Assembly: GCA_002372275.1 (NCBI GenBank)
Contig: DFFP01000013.1
Coordinates: 15,603 to 79,602, forward strand
Length of the DNA: 64,000 bases
DNA from: Alphaproteobacteria bacterium UBA3773
Lineage (GTDB): Bacteria; Pseudomonadota; Alphaproteobacteria; RF32; CAG-239
Direction: 5' to 3'
In this document: one piece after another, positions 41,177 to 50,036 of the stretch
Layout: the number at the start of each line of letters is the position of its first letter
How positions within the stretch are numbered: position 1 is the first letter of the stretch
Translations under genes and position numbers: made by a program
The notes under the pieces: generated by a model
What the model was told of the DNA's origin: nothing
Databases searched by the model: none
The model's input: the letters and a program-made list of their open reading frames with translations, nothing else

Positions 41177-43565
41177 TACAACAAGGCAGAGGGCTGTAAA
41201 TCCCCCTGCCCCGAAACCTCAATCTCGAGGGGAAAAAGGCCTTACGGGTATAGCACCTGTTGAAAAACATGCTAAGCCTGAAGAACGTCGCGAACCCGTG
41301 ACACCTCCCGCACCGGTTCAAAAACCTAAAGAGGAAACAAGAGAAGCTCCAAAACCCGAGCCAACTGTTGTTGAAACAAGAGAAGCACCGAAACCTGAGA
41401 CAACTGTTGTTGAAACAAGAGAAGCACCGAAACCTGAGCCAAAAGTTGTTGAAACAAGAGAAGCACCGAAACTCGAGCCGAAAGTTGTTGAAACAAAAGA
41501 AGCGCCGAAACCTGAGCCTGTTTCAGAAACTCAGCTGTTCATTGACGAATATAAAACCGTCTACGGCGTCGAACCGAATTTCAAAGCGCCTAAAGGTGAA
41601 AAAAGCCCGGCAGAGTTGTACTATGATCGTGTTGAAAGTGAGCATCAACTTGAGGCTCCGAAACAATCGATGAGAGATTATCTGCTGGCTCGCCGCAAAG
41701 CATTGAATGACATCATCAAGGGTAATCCTCAATATGGTCAAACAAATGCTGAAATTATTGCAGCCGCTCGTCAAAGTTTGCTTCAGAGCAATTTAACAAC
41801 GGAAAATTATAACAATCGCCTGACTTTGTCTCACTTTACACGCTATATGACACTTTTCATTCATAGCGATGAAATTTTGGCTGACGGCTCACGCGATATG
41901 ACCTTAAATCCCGAGTTAAAACGTGATAATCGCGTAATTCACACATACGATATCAACAAGATTTTGTTTGAAGGAACGGATCCGAGAAGTGATGACAGTA
42001 AATTAACCGGCGATGCTCACATCACCTACGATGACATCAGAAGACTCCAAAATGAGCGCACACCTGAAGAAATAGAAAATGATTTTCATATTTCTCTGAC
42101 AAATGATGTTGTTGCAAATTTTGCCGAACGCTTTAAAGAACTTGATAAAGCTAAAGAAATTCAAGAAGCTGAACTCAAAGCAAAAGAAAAAGAAAAAGAA
42201 AAAGAAAAAGCTGAGACCGTGACACCTCCGATGCCGGTTCAAAAGCCTGAACCGAAAGAGAAAGAAGCTCCAAAACCCGAGCCGACCATTGTTGAAACAA
42301 AAAAAGCGCCGAAACCTCAATCTCAAGAAGAAAAAGGTCTCACCGGCGCGGCACCTATAACGGAATATGTCAAACCCGAGGAACACCATGAACCTGTTCA
42401 AAGCGTTCAAGATGAAAATAAATCTCTTCAAAATGAACCTTGGAACAATCCGTTATTGCTTCAAGAGTACGAAATCGTTTATGGTATTACGCCAAAAGTC
42501 ACTGCTTTAGAAGGTGAAAAGAGTCCTGCCGAATTGTACTATAAACGCGTTGCCAAAGAACGTTCTTTAGAAGGCTCACATCAATCAATCACGGATTATC
42601 TTTTAAGACGCCGTAAGAGATTGGATGAAATGGTTCAACTTTTAAAGCATCAACCAAACAATGCGACCTTTGACCCGAAAATCATGCTCGAGGATTACAG
42701 CGATCACTTAACGGGGCGCAAATCAGGTGGCAGAGCCGGTTCTGAGATTGTCACAAAAACGCGTCAAAGCCTTATGCAAAGTAATTTAACACCTGAAAAT
42801 TATGTCAAGCGTCTTACTTTGACACACTTTTTAAGATACATGAAACATTTTATTGAAGGTAATGAATTATTTTCTGACGGCTCACGTGATATGAGTTTGA
42901 ACCCAAGCTTAAAACGTAACTCAAATCACATATCGACTCATGATGTGAATGATGCCATTTTAAGCGGCAAAATTGAAAGAGCGCCAAAACGAGTAACAAA
43001 TGTAGTCATACATCGGCCCAAAAAAGAGCCTTGGAAAAATCCGTTATTGATGGAAGAATACAGAATCGTTTATGGTGTCGCTCCGAAAGCTGATTTAGAA
43101 CACTTAAAAGCTTACTGTAAACGTGTCATCAAAGAGCATCATAAAGAAGGCTTACACCGCTCAATGACAGAATATCTTTTAAGACGCCTCAGAAGGTTAG
43201 ACAGACTTGTAAAAGAAGTCAAAACGCAACCTAATAATGCTACTTTTGACCCTCAAGTAATGATCCAAGATTACAGCGATCACTTAACAGGTAAAAAAGC
43301 AGGCGGCCGAGCCGGTTCTGAAATTGTCATGAAAGCTCGCCAAAGCCTCATGCAAAGTAATCTGGCACCTGAAAATTACGTCAAGCGCTTTACTTTGACA
43401 CACTTTTTGAAGTACATAAAACACTTCATTGAAGGTAATGAGTTGGCCTCTGACAGCACGCGCAATATGAGTTTGAACCCTGACTTAAAACGTCGTTCAA
43501 ACACTATTCAAACACGTGATCTCAACGAAATCATTTTAGCGGAAAAATCTTCAAAAAGTAAATAA
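41064..43565 (+). CDS. Giant modular protein, C-terminal 833-aa segment (would be fused to the upstream ORF if A10 were A9)
   Basis: Overlaps the upstream ORF by 113 nt in another frame. Contains PKPEP/ETREAPKPEP linker repeats and three further ~180-aa modules homologous to module 1. Confidence 0.7.
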   Translation: MSPILLIAWQNLMRTKLKITVRALKFLLAKKKDTRADDTTRQRAVNPPAPKPQSRGEKGLTGIAPVEKHAKPEERREPVTPPAPVQKPKEETREAPKPEPTVVETREAPKPETTVVETREAPKPEPKVVETREAPKLEPKVVETKEAPKPEPVSETQLFIDEYKTVYGVEPNFKAPKGEKSPAELYYDRVESEHQLEAPKQSMRDYLLARRKALNDIIKGNPQYGQTNAEIIAAARQSLLQSNLTTENYNNRLTLSHFTRYMTLFIHSDEILADGSRDMTLNPELKRDNRVIHTYDINKILFEGTDPRSDDSKLTGDAHITYDDIRRLQNERTPEEIENDFHISLTNDVVANFAERFKELDKAKEIQEAELKAKEKEKEKEKAETVTPPMPVQKPEPKEKEAPKPEPTIVETKKAPKPQSQEEKGLTGAAPITEYVKPEEHHEPVQSVQDENKSLQNEPWNNPLLLQEYEIVYGITPKVTALEGEKSPAELYYKRVAKERSLEGSHQSITDYLLRRRKRLDEMVQLLKHQPNNATFDPKIMLEDYSDHLTGRKSGGRAGSEIVTKTRQSLMQSNLTPENYVKRLTLTHFLRYMKHFIEGNELFSDGSRDMSLNPSLKRNSNHISTHDVNDAILSGKIERAPKRVTNVVIHRPKKEPWKNPLLMEEYRIVYGVAPKADLEHLKAYCKRVIKEHHKEGLHRSMTEYLLRRLRRLDRLVKEVKTQPNNATFDPQVMIQDYSDHLTGKKAGGRAGSEIVMKARQSLMQSNLAPENYVKRFTLTHFLKYIKHFIEGNELASDSTRNMSLNPDLKRRSNTIQTRDLNEIILAEKSSKSK
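41150..41159 (+). repeat. Poly(A)10 homopolymeric tract at the frameshift site
   Basis: Ten consecutive A's. Deleting one A (or inserting two) joins the two ORFs into a single reading frame of about 2,290 codons. Confidence 0.9.
41338..41519 (+). repeat. 39-bp tandem repeat, about 4.7 copies (encodes ETREAPKPEP(T/K)VV)
   Basis: The unit agagaagcaccgaaacctgagccaaaagttgttgaaaca is repeated in tandem with minor variation. Confidence 0.85.
42181..42210 (+). repeat. (GAAAAA)n hexanucleotide tract encoding (KE)n
   Basis: gaaaaagaaaaagaaaaagaaaaag lying inside the coding sequence. Confidence 0.8.
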
Positions 43566-43579
43566 GTTAAAATGAATAA

Positions 43580-43608
43580 AAAAACCTCTCAAATGAGAGG
43601 TTTTTTTT
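43580..43608 (+). terminator. Rho-independent terminator after the giant gene
   Basis: Hairpin acctctc-aaatg-agaggt followed by T8. Confidence 0.75.
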
Positions 43609-43625
43609 ATATGATGCCGAAAAAA

Positions 43626-43841
43626 TTATTTTTCTTTTTCAATAGCGGTTGATGCAGAAAATAATTCATCATAAATAAGCCAAAGGGCAGACAATCCGAC
43701 CAATACATAAACAATTCGGGTTAAAATACTTAAATTCCCAAAAAGCAAAGCGACCAAATCAAGATTAAAAGCCCCGACGAGTCCCCAGTTCAAACCGCCG
43801 ATAATCACGAGCCAAAGTGCAATTTTACTTAAGTAATGCAT
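43626..43841 (-). CDS. DUF378 small membrane protein
   Basis: Two TM helices with the ...GGLNWGLVG.F..DLVA..FG pattern. Confidence 0.6.
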   Translation of the reverse strand: MHYLSKIALWLVIIGGLNWGLVGAFNLDLVALLFGNLSILTRIVYVLVGLSALWLIYDELFSASTAIEKEK

Positions 43842-43907
43842 ATTTGTTTCTCCTCAATGTTGATTTTACAAAACGGATATATATTCCCCTTGTCTGTTTT
43901 CAAGTGT

Positions 43908-44579
43908 TTATTTTTTTTCAATCAGTTGAATCATCGCTTTAATCATATTATCGGCGCCCTCGCAAACTTCTTTAATTGAATGCGCAAGCATATAGGCAGG
44001 TGTTGTCACAACCTTATTTTCTTCATCCACACAGACCTCGGTTGTGTTTTTTTCTTCTGCGACAGCACCTGTGCGAACAATTGCCGCCTCAACGTTTTTA
44101 TCATTTCCGATTGTAACATGAACGCCTTTAGAGCCAAGCACTTTAGCAATTAAAACAGGTGCGATACACATGGCCCCTATCACCACACCTTTATCATAAC
44201 TTTGAATAATGGCCTTTCTGACACCGAAATCAACATCACATTCAATGCCTGATAAACTAAAATCGCACCAATTTGTCACAGCGCCCAACCCACCCGGAAA
44301 AACAATACCGTCAAAATCAGAGGGATTATAATCTTTTAAGTCAAGAATATTTCCCCTGGCAATTCTGGCCGATTCCACCAAAACATTGCGTTCCTCATTC
44401 ATTTTTTGACCTGTCAAGTGGTTAATCACAACAGCTTGTTTGATATTGGGTGCAAAACATTGATACGTTGCCCCTAAACAATCAATTGAGAGCATGGCGC
44501 AGGTTGCCTCATGTATTTCGCTCCCGTCTGCACGCCCACAACCTGAAAGCACAATTGCAAATTTCGGATTTTTTTTCAT
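43908..44579 (-). CDS. DJ-1/PfpI-superfamily protein (ElbB-like glyoxalase)
   Basis: Class I glutamine-amidotransferase-like fold with Cys in GAMCIAP. Confidence 0.7.
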   Translation of the reverse strand: MKKNPKFAIVLSGCGRADGSEIHEATCAMLSIDCLGATYQCFAPNIKQAVVINHLTGQKMNEERNVLVESARIARGNILDLKDYNPSDFDGIVFPGGLGAVTNWCDFSLSGIECDVDFGVRKAIIQSYDKGVVIGAMCIAPVLIAKVLGSKGVHVTIGNDKNVEAAIVRTGAVAEEKNTTEVCVDEENKVVTTPAYMLAHSIKEVCEGADNMIKAMIQLIEKK

Positions 44580-44664
44580 GATGTTGTTCCTTTCAATTTC
44601 AGTTGATTTATCCTATATCCGAGATATAATACTGTCAATTTTAATTTAAACGGAACGATTACAA

Positions 44665-45927
44665 ATGAAACATCAAATAACAACCTTAAAAAACGGATTA
44701 AAAATTATAACAAGCCCTCGCCCCGAAATTGAAACCGTCTCACTCGGAATTTGGGTAAACACGGGCTCGGCATATGAAACGATGGATGTCAACGGCGTTT
44801 CACACTTTGTGGAACATATGGTTTTTAAGGGAACGCAAAAAAGAAATGCGCTTCAAATTTCTGAAGATATTGAAAACGTCGGCGGACACACAAACGCTTA
44901 TACTTCGCGCGAATTTACGGCCTTTTATGCCAAAATGCTCAAATCCGATATAGAACTTGCCATAGATGTGATTGCCGATTTTGTTGCAGCACCGACATTT
45001 GATGAAAATGAAATGAAAAAAGAAAAAGAAGTTGTCATTCAAGAAATCAAGCAAAGCATCGACACTCCTGATGATGCTATTTTTGATCTTTTTGAAGCCG
45101 ACGCTTTTAAAAATCTTCCGATCGGACGCACCATTTTGGGCCCTGAAGAAACAGTCCGTTCATTTACCCCAGATGTTTTGCGCTCTTATATGAAAACACA
45201 TTACAGCGCAAACAACATGGTTGTCACAGCCGTCGGTAATTTGGAACACGATACATTTGTGAAAATGGTTGAAGAAAGACTGGGAACTTATCAAGAAAAA
45301 GCTTCTTTTCATATTGAGCCGCAAGACTATGTCGGCGGATTTACATCTGAAAATCGCCCGATTGAACAAACACATATGCTTCTGGGGTTTAAGGGGTTTG
45401 AATATAAAAATCCGCTCTATTATCCGGCGTCTGTCTTTTCTGCCATATTCGGCGGCGGAATGTCTTCGCGCCTGTTTCAAGAAATCAGAGAAAAAAGAGG
45501 TCTTGTTTACACTGTTTACAGTTTCACAAATTCGCACACATCAGGCGGCTTGTTTGGTATATATGCCGGCACAACAGCCGATGAGTTAAATGAACTTGTT
45601 CCTGTTGTTGCAGATGAAATTAAAAAAGTCGTCAATGAAAAAGTCTTAAGTGAAGAATTAAAACGTGCTAAAATGCAACTCAAGGCGAGCATGCTCATGG
45701 CACTCGAGAGTTCTTCTTCCACTGCCGAAGTAATGGCTCGTCAATATCTTATTCACGGGCGCATCATTGACACAGATGAAATTACAAAAAATATTGAATC
45801 TGTTACAGCTGATGATATTCAAAAAGTGGCGCAAACTATTTTTACCACCACACCGACATATACGCTTTTAGGTAACCTCAAAAATTATCCCTCTTATGAA
45901 AAATTAAAGAATTTGTTGAAGTTTTAA
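44665..45927 (+). CDS. M16 family zinc peptidase (pitrilysin-like)
   Basis: Inverted zinc motif HFVEHMVFKGT. Confidence 0.85.
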   Translation: MKHQITTLKNGLKIITSPRPEIETVSLGIWVNTGSAYETMDVNGVSHFVEHMVFKGTQKRNALQISEDIENVGGHTNAYTSREFTAFYAKMLKSDIELAIDVIADFVAAPTFDENEMKKEKEVVIQEIKQSIDTPDDAIFDLFEADAFKNLPIGRTILGPEETVRSFTPDVLRSYMKTHYSANNMVVTAVGNLEHDTFVKMVEERLGTYQEKASFHIEPQDYVGGFTSENRPIEQTHMLLGFKGFEYKNPLYYPASVFSAIFGGGMSSRLFQEIREKRGLVYTVYSFTNSHTSGGLFGIYAGTTADELNELVPVVADEIKKVVNEKVLSEELKRAKMQLKASMLMALESSSSTAEVMARQYLIHGRIIDTDEITKNIESVTADDIQKVAQTIFTTTPTYTLLGNLKNYPSYEKLKNLLKF

Positions 45928-45967
45928 GTGTATTTGTTAACATAAGAAAATACTCAAGGAGACTCAC

Positions 45968-47035
45968 ATGTCACGCGCGGAAGATATTTTTCAAAAACTG
46001 ATTTATTTTGGCGAAGATGCTTTAGATGAATTTATTGCCGAGCGGCAAACGGAAGAACTTTTTTTAGATTTTAAAGAAGCTGTTTCAGACGGCAAAAAGT
46101 TTAAAACACTTTATAAAGATGACAGACGCAATCTCGCCAAAGCAATTTCCGGATTCGGAAATTCGGAAGGCGGCGTTGTGGTATGGGGTGTTTCCTGCGC
46201 ACGTGACAAAGAAATCGGCGATGTTGCAAAAGCCAAAGTCAAGGTCAAAAATGTTCATCGTTTTTTAAGTTGGCTTGAAAATGCTATTTCAGGATGCACT
46301 ATTCCGAGTCACAACAAAGTTCGAAATCATATCATCAGTGTTGATGAAAACGGCGACGGATATGTGGCAACATATATTCCGAAATCTGATATTACCCCTC
46401 TCATGACCACGACTTCAAGCACCATATATATTCGCTCGGGCTCAAATAATGTGCCGGCTCCCTATGCGGTTATTGCCGGCATGTTCGGTAAGCGCCCGCA
46501 GCCGAATATTGATCTTTTGTTTGAAGATAAAACCTTAGAAATCATCGAAAATGTTGATGAAGATATTCTTTATCCGAAAACGATTGATAATCCGCCCGAT
46601 AAATATGTCAAAATCAGCTTTTCAATTATTGCTGACAATCAAAGCGACGCTATTGCCAAAGAGCTTTATTTTTCGGCAAATACATCAGAGACCGGCAGCG
46701 AATATAATAAAGTCCGCTTTTTGGGATATAACCAAATGGATTCGATTTCAAGTATTTCAGGACACTTTAATCTCATCACAAAACCGGAGCTTCGACTTCC
46801 GCCACGCGGAAAATTAAAGTTTACAACGGTGCAAATTATTTTATCCCCGTTTGCTGAAAGTGATTTTTGCTTTAATGGTGTGATAGGAGCTGAAAACGCA
46901 ATGCCGCGCGATTTCAGATTTTATTTATCCAAAAACGACCTGCGCTCATTTGTGGCTAAAGCACTCAAAAGCGAGGATGAAAGCCATATTTTACTTGCTG
47001 AATTTTTCTCTGACTTTTTAAGGGGAAACAATTAA
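45968..47035 (+). CDS. AlbA_2 / Schlafen-like putative DNA-binding domain protein
   Basis: N-terminal E...LDFKEAV....[19 protein letters not shown] pattern typical of the divergent AAA-4/AlbA_2 domain. The C-terminal ~220 aa has no recognizable domain. Confidence 0.55.
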   Translation: MSRAEDIFQKLIYFGEDALDEFIAERQTEELFLDFKEAVSDGKKFKTLYKDDRRNLAKAISGFGNSEGGVVVWGVSCARDKEIGDVAKAKVKVKNVHRFLSWLENAISGCTIPSHNKVRNHIISVDENGDGYVATYIPKSDITPLMTTTSSTIYIRSGSNNVPAPYAVIAGMFGKRPQPNIDLLFEDKTLEIIENVDEDILYPKTIDNPPDKYVKISFSIIADNQSDAIAKELYFSANTSETGSEYNKVRFLGYNQMDSISSISGHFNLITKPELRLPPRGKLKFTTVQIILSPFAESDFCFNGVIGAENAMPRDFRFYLSKNDLRSFVAKALKSEDESHILLAEFFSDFLRGNN

Positions 47036-47036
47036 A

Positions 47037-47489
47037 ATGATGAAACGCGTTGAAATCTATACAGACGGTGCTTGTTCCGGAAACCCGGGAATCGGTGGTT
47101 GGGGGTGTATTTTGCGCTATAAAGAAAACGAAAAAGAACTCTCGGGCGGAGAACTTCAAACAACCAACAATCGTATGGAGCTCACCGCCGTTATTGAAGC
47201 CTTAAAAGCCTTAAAAACAAGCTGTAACGTCACGCTTTATACCGATAGCAAATATGTAATGGACGGCATTACCGAATGGCTTTCAGAATGGAAGAAAAAC
47301 GGCTGGAAAACCAAAAGCAAAAAAAATGAAGTCAAAAACATTGACCTTTGGCAAATGCTTGATGAGTTGAAATCAAAGCATGAAATTCGTTTTGTTTGGG
47401 TCAAAGGCCATAACGGGGACGAAGGCAACGAAAGAGTTGATGCTTTAGCCAGATCGGAAGTCATAAAATTAAAAGCACAAGAAAAGTAA
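47037..47489 (+). CDS. rnhA: Ribonuclease HI
   Basis: [15 protein letters not shown] and a conserved C-terminal DE..N.R.D.LA. Confidence 0.9.
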   Translation: MMKRVEIYTDGACSGNPGIGGWGCILRYKENEKELSGGELQTTNNRMELTAVIEALKALKTSCNVTLYTDSKYVMDGITEWLSEWKKNGWKTKSKKNEVKNIDLWQMLDELKSKHEIRFVWVKGHNGDEGNERVDALARSEVIKLKAQEK

Positions 47490-47574
47490 TCGTCTTTTTG
47501 AATTTTTTTGAGCTCATTTTAATAACTCTTTAACATATCTTTTTATATCTTTCGGTATATATCCATTTCAGAGC

Positions 47575-47603
47575 TTGACCTTTGATTAAAAATCACATAA
47601 TAT
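47575..47603 (+). promoter_or_regulatory. Sigma70-like promoter upstream of the pilin-like gene
   Basis: TTGACC, 17-nt spacer, TAATAT. Downstream direct repeats tcttc(c)aacgtta lie at 47641..47679. Confidence 0.4.
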
Positions 47604-47700
47604 GGGTTCAGATACTTTGAAACAGGTATTTATGAGGTAGTCTTCCAACGTTACTTTAGATTATCTCTTCAACGTTAACTTTTTTGATATCAAAAGGAAT

Positions 47701-48306
47701 ATGAAAATGAATAACATCAATGAAAAAGGTCGTTCAATGGTTGAAATGCTTGGCGTTTTGGCAATTATCGGTGTTTTGTCTGCCGGTGGTTTGGCTGGTT
47801 ACTCCAAAGCTATGTTCAAACATAAAATGAACACGACAATTGACCAAATCACAATGATTGTCACAAACATCCGTACACTTTACGGCACACAAGGCAATTA
47901 TGCCGGTTTGGACAATGGTATGGCTATTAAAGCCGGTATTATCCCGAATGCTATGTATACAGCCAATTCAGCAGGCACATACGCTTCAAATGCTTCTTTA
48001 GTCAATCCGTTTAAAGGTGGCGCAACAATTGCAACAGCTGAAGCAAAATCAGGTTTAGCAGATACAGCTTTTATAGTGACATACTCAAACTTGCCGTCTG
48101 AAGCATGCGTCCAAATCGCAACTTCTGACTTCGGTACAGGCGCAGGTTCCGGCTTTATCGGCTCAGGTGCTAAGAATACAGATGGCGCTACTGTAACCAC
48201 AATGGTTGGTGAAGGTAATGAAGGTAAACCGTTGGATTTAGCCACAGCTATTGCAAATTGTAATGGTGCCGGTACGGTTAACTCTGTTGCTTTGAAATTC
48301 TATTAA
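47701..48306 (+). CDS. Prepilin-type N-terminal cleavage/methylation domain protein (type IV pilin/pseudopilin-like)
   Basis: Leader MKMNNINEKG|RSMVEMLGVLAIIGVLSAGGLAGY: Gly at -1, Glu at +5 and a hydrophobic helix. The body is Gly/Ala/Thr-rich. Confidence 0.55.
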   Translation: MKMNNINEKGRSMVEMLGVLAIIGVLSAGGLAGYSKAMFKHKMNTTIDQITMIVTNIRTLYGTQGNYAGLDNGMAIKAGIIPNAMYTANSAGTYASNASLVNPFKGGATIATAEAKSGLADTAFIVTYSNLPSEACVQIATSDFGTGAGSGFIGSGAKNTDGATVTTMVGEGNEGKPLDLATAIANCNGAGTVNSVALKFY

Positions 48307-48325
48307 TATATAGAAAAGCTAAAAA

Positions 48326-48350
48326 AGCCGTCCTTCGGGGCGGTTTTTTT
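48326..48350. terminator. Bidirectional terminator between the pilin-like gene and nfo
   Basis: GC-rich hairpin ccgtcc-ttc-gggcgg followed by T9. Confidence 0.65.
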
Positions 48351-48354
48351 TTGT

Positions 48355-49188
48355 TTAATCATTAAAATTAGCGCGCAAAAACTCGATTTCGCTTGCCCAG
48401 CCTTTTAAATCATTTGGCGTTTCTAAAACAAAGGGTAAATGTTTCAATAAGGGGTGATTGACAAACTTAATCAGCGCCTCAGCCCCAAGACTTCCCTCAC
48501 CTATTTTTTCGTGTCTGTCTTTATGCGAGGCAAAAGGCGTTTTACTGTCGTTTAAATGGATGGCTTTGAGTTTTTCAAGCCCAATGATGTTATCAAATTT
48601 TTCTAAAACCCCGTCTAAATCTTCTTTAATATCATAACCTGCCGAATAAACGTGGCAGGTATCCATACAAACCCCGATTTTGTCTTGGCATTCAACACGC
48701 CCCATAATCTCTTTTAATTCTTCAAAGGTGGAACCGACTTCAGAGCCTTTGCCGGACATTGTCTCCAAAAGAACCATCGTTGATTGTTTGGGTGTTAACA
48801 CCTTATTTAAAAGCGTTGAAATCATCTCAATGGCAACATCTGTACCCTGCCCGACATGTGACCCGGGGTGAAAGTTATAATAATTAAAAGGCACATATTC
48901 CATACGCTTTAAGTCATCATTGAACACAAGCTCTGCAAATTCGCGTGTTTTTAAATTATCCGAACACGGATTTAAGGTATACGGCGCATGCGCCACAATG
49001 GGTGCAAAATGATTTTGATTTGAAATCTCTAAAAATTTTTGAACATCTGGTGCGTTAATATCTTTAGCCTTTCCGCCTTGCGGATTACGTGTAAAAAATT
49101 GAAATGTATCGGCTTTGATAAAAAGAGCGTCTTTTCCCATTTTTTCAAAGCCTTTAGAACTTGAAAGGTGTGCACCGATATGAAGCAT
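48355..49188 (-). CDS. nfo: Endonuclease IV (AP endonuclease family 2)
   Basis: TIM-barrel Nfo pattern (MLHIGAHLS..., HAPYTLN, ...CMDTCHV..GYD). Confidence 0.85.
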   Translation of the reverse strand: MLHIGAHLSSSKGFEKMGKDALFIKADTFQFFTRNPQGGKAKDINAPDVQKFLEISNQNHFAPIVAHAPYTLNPCSDNLKTREFAELVFNDDLKRMEYVPFNYYNFHPGSHVGQGTDVAIEMISTLLNKVLTPKQSTMVLLETMSGKGSEVGSTFEELKEIMGRVECQDKIGVCMDTCHVYSAGYDIKEDLDGVLEKFDNIIGLEKLKAIHLNDSKTPFASHKDRHEKIGEGSLGAEALIKFVNHPLLKHLPFVLETPNDLKGWASEIEFLRANFND

Positions 49189-49304
49189 AGAAATTCCTTA
49201 TATAAAAATTTATAATGAGCCTATAACAAAAAATTTTCAAAGAAAAGCAAAAAAAGACTTGCACAGAAAAAAATAATGTTGTATGAAGTGAGCGTTACAA
49301 CAAT

Positions 49305-49381
49305 CGGATTGTAGTTCAGCCTGGTAGAACGCTTCGTTCGGGTCGAAGAGGTCGCTGGTTCGAATCCAGTCAATCCGACCA
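49305..49381 (+). tRNA. tRNA-Pro (anticodon CGG)
   Basis: Cloverleaf: acceptor CGGATTG/CAATCCG, D-stem GTTC/GAAC, anticodon stem CTTCG/CGAAG with loop TTCGGGT, T-arm GCTGG-TTCGAAT-CCAGT, encoded CCA. Confidence 0.9.
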
Positions 49382-49399
49382 ATATAGATAACAATTAGG

Positions 49400-49429
49400 A
49401 AACGGATACTTTTGAGTGTCCGTTTTTTT
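49400..49429 (+). terminator. Terminator-like hairpin after the tRNA
   Basis: aacgga...tccgtt followed by T7. Confidence 0.5.
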
Positions 49430-49550
49430 GTTGCCTATTAGAAAAGTATTGTCGTTAAAGTAATTTCACGATATTAAAAATTTTATGACCATGAGGTCAC
49501 TTTTGAGGAATTTTTTCGTAAAAACGCTCTTTAAATATAAATTTGAAACT

Positions 49551-49586
49551 TGACCACGTGGACACTTTTCACGCGCCACGTGGTCG
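49551..49586. promoter_or_regulatory. Pair of inverted GACCACGTGG motifs (candidate operator)
   Basis: tgaccacgtggacac at 49551..49565 and cgccacgtggtcg at 49574..49586. The palindromic core CCACGTGG recurs at the cassette boundary. Confidence 0.35.
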
Positions 49587-49702
49587 TAACGCATTGATTT
49601 TATTTAATTGTCATAAAAATCTATGCTGTTTTCCGCAATCTTAAGAGTGGTGGGGTATACTGAGGATACTGACAACGTGCTTTTTATTATTAAAAATCAA
49701 CA

Positions 49703-49722
49703 ACATATACTGTCCACGTGGT
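49703..49722. repeat. Left 20-bp terminal inverted repeat of the defence cassette
   Basis: acatatactgtccacgtggt. Confidence 0.75.
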
Positions 49723-49791
49723 AATAAAACTTGACTTTTATATTTTTTCAAGCGTTATTGTAGTAAGTGTCTATACAGAAAGGAGAACAAC

Positions 49792-49977
49792 ATGACTCAA
49801 GCCGAAAAACTCGTTAAAATTATCATGCCGGATTTGTTAAGATATTTAAAATTAAAAGAACGTGGTCTTGTATGTCAAAATCGCGTTTTGCAACGAATTC
49901 CGTTAGATCAAAGGGAGAAAAAAGAGGAAGAATTTGAAGAATTCAGCGAGGAAGCTAATAAAATCTTAAATAAGTAA
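49792..49977 (+). CDS. Small hypothetical protein (61 aa), first gene of the cassette
   Basis: Strong RBS (aaaggagaacaac-ATG); basic N-terminal half and acidic C-terminus; possible regulator. Confidence 0.35.
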   Translation: MTQAEKLVKIIMPDLLRYLKLKERGLVCQNRVLQRIPLDQREKKEEEFEEFSEEANKILNK

Positions 49978-50036
49978 AATTTTTATTGCTATAATTTTTA
50001 ATTCAGCCTATACTCTTTTCTGACCTAGGATACAAA

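Noticed and set aside
41338-41519. A regularly spaced 39-bp repeat that could be mistaken for a CRISPR array.
   Set aside because: The repeats are directly tandem with no spacers, in frame, and inside a coding sequence for a proline-rich linker. No cas genes are present anywhere in the window.
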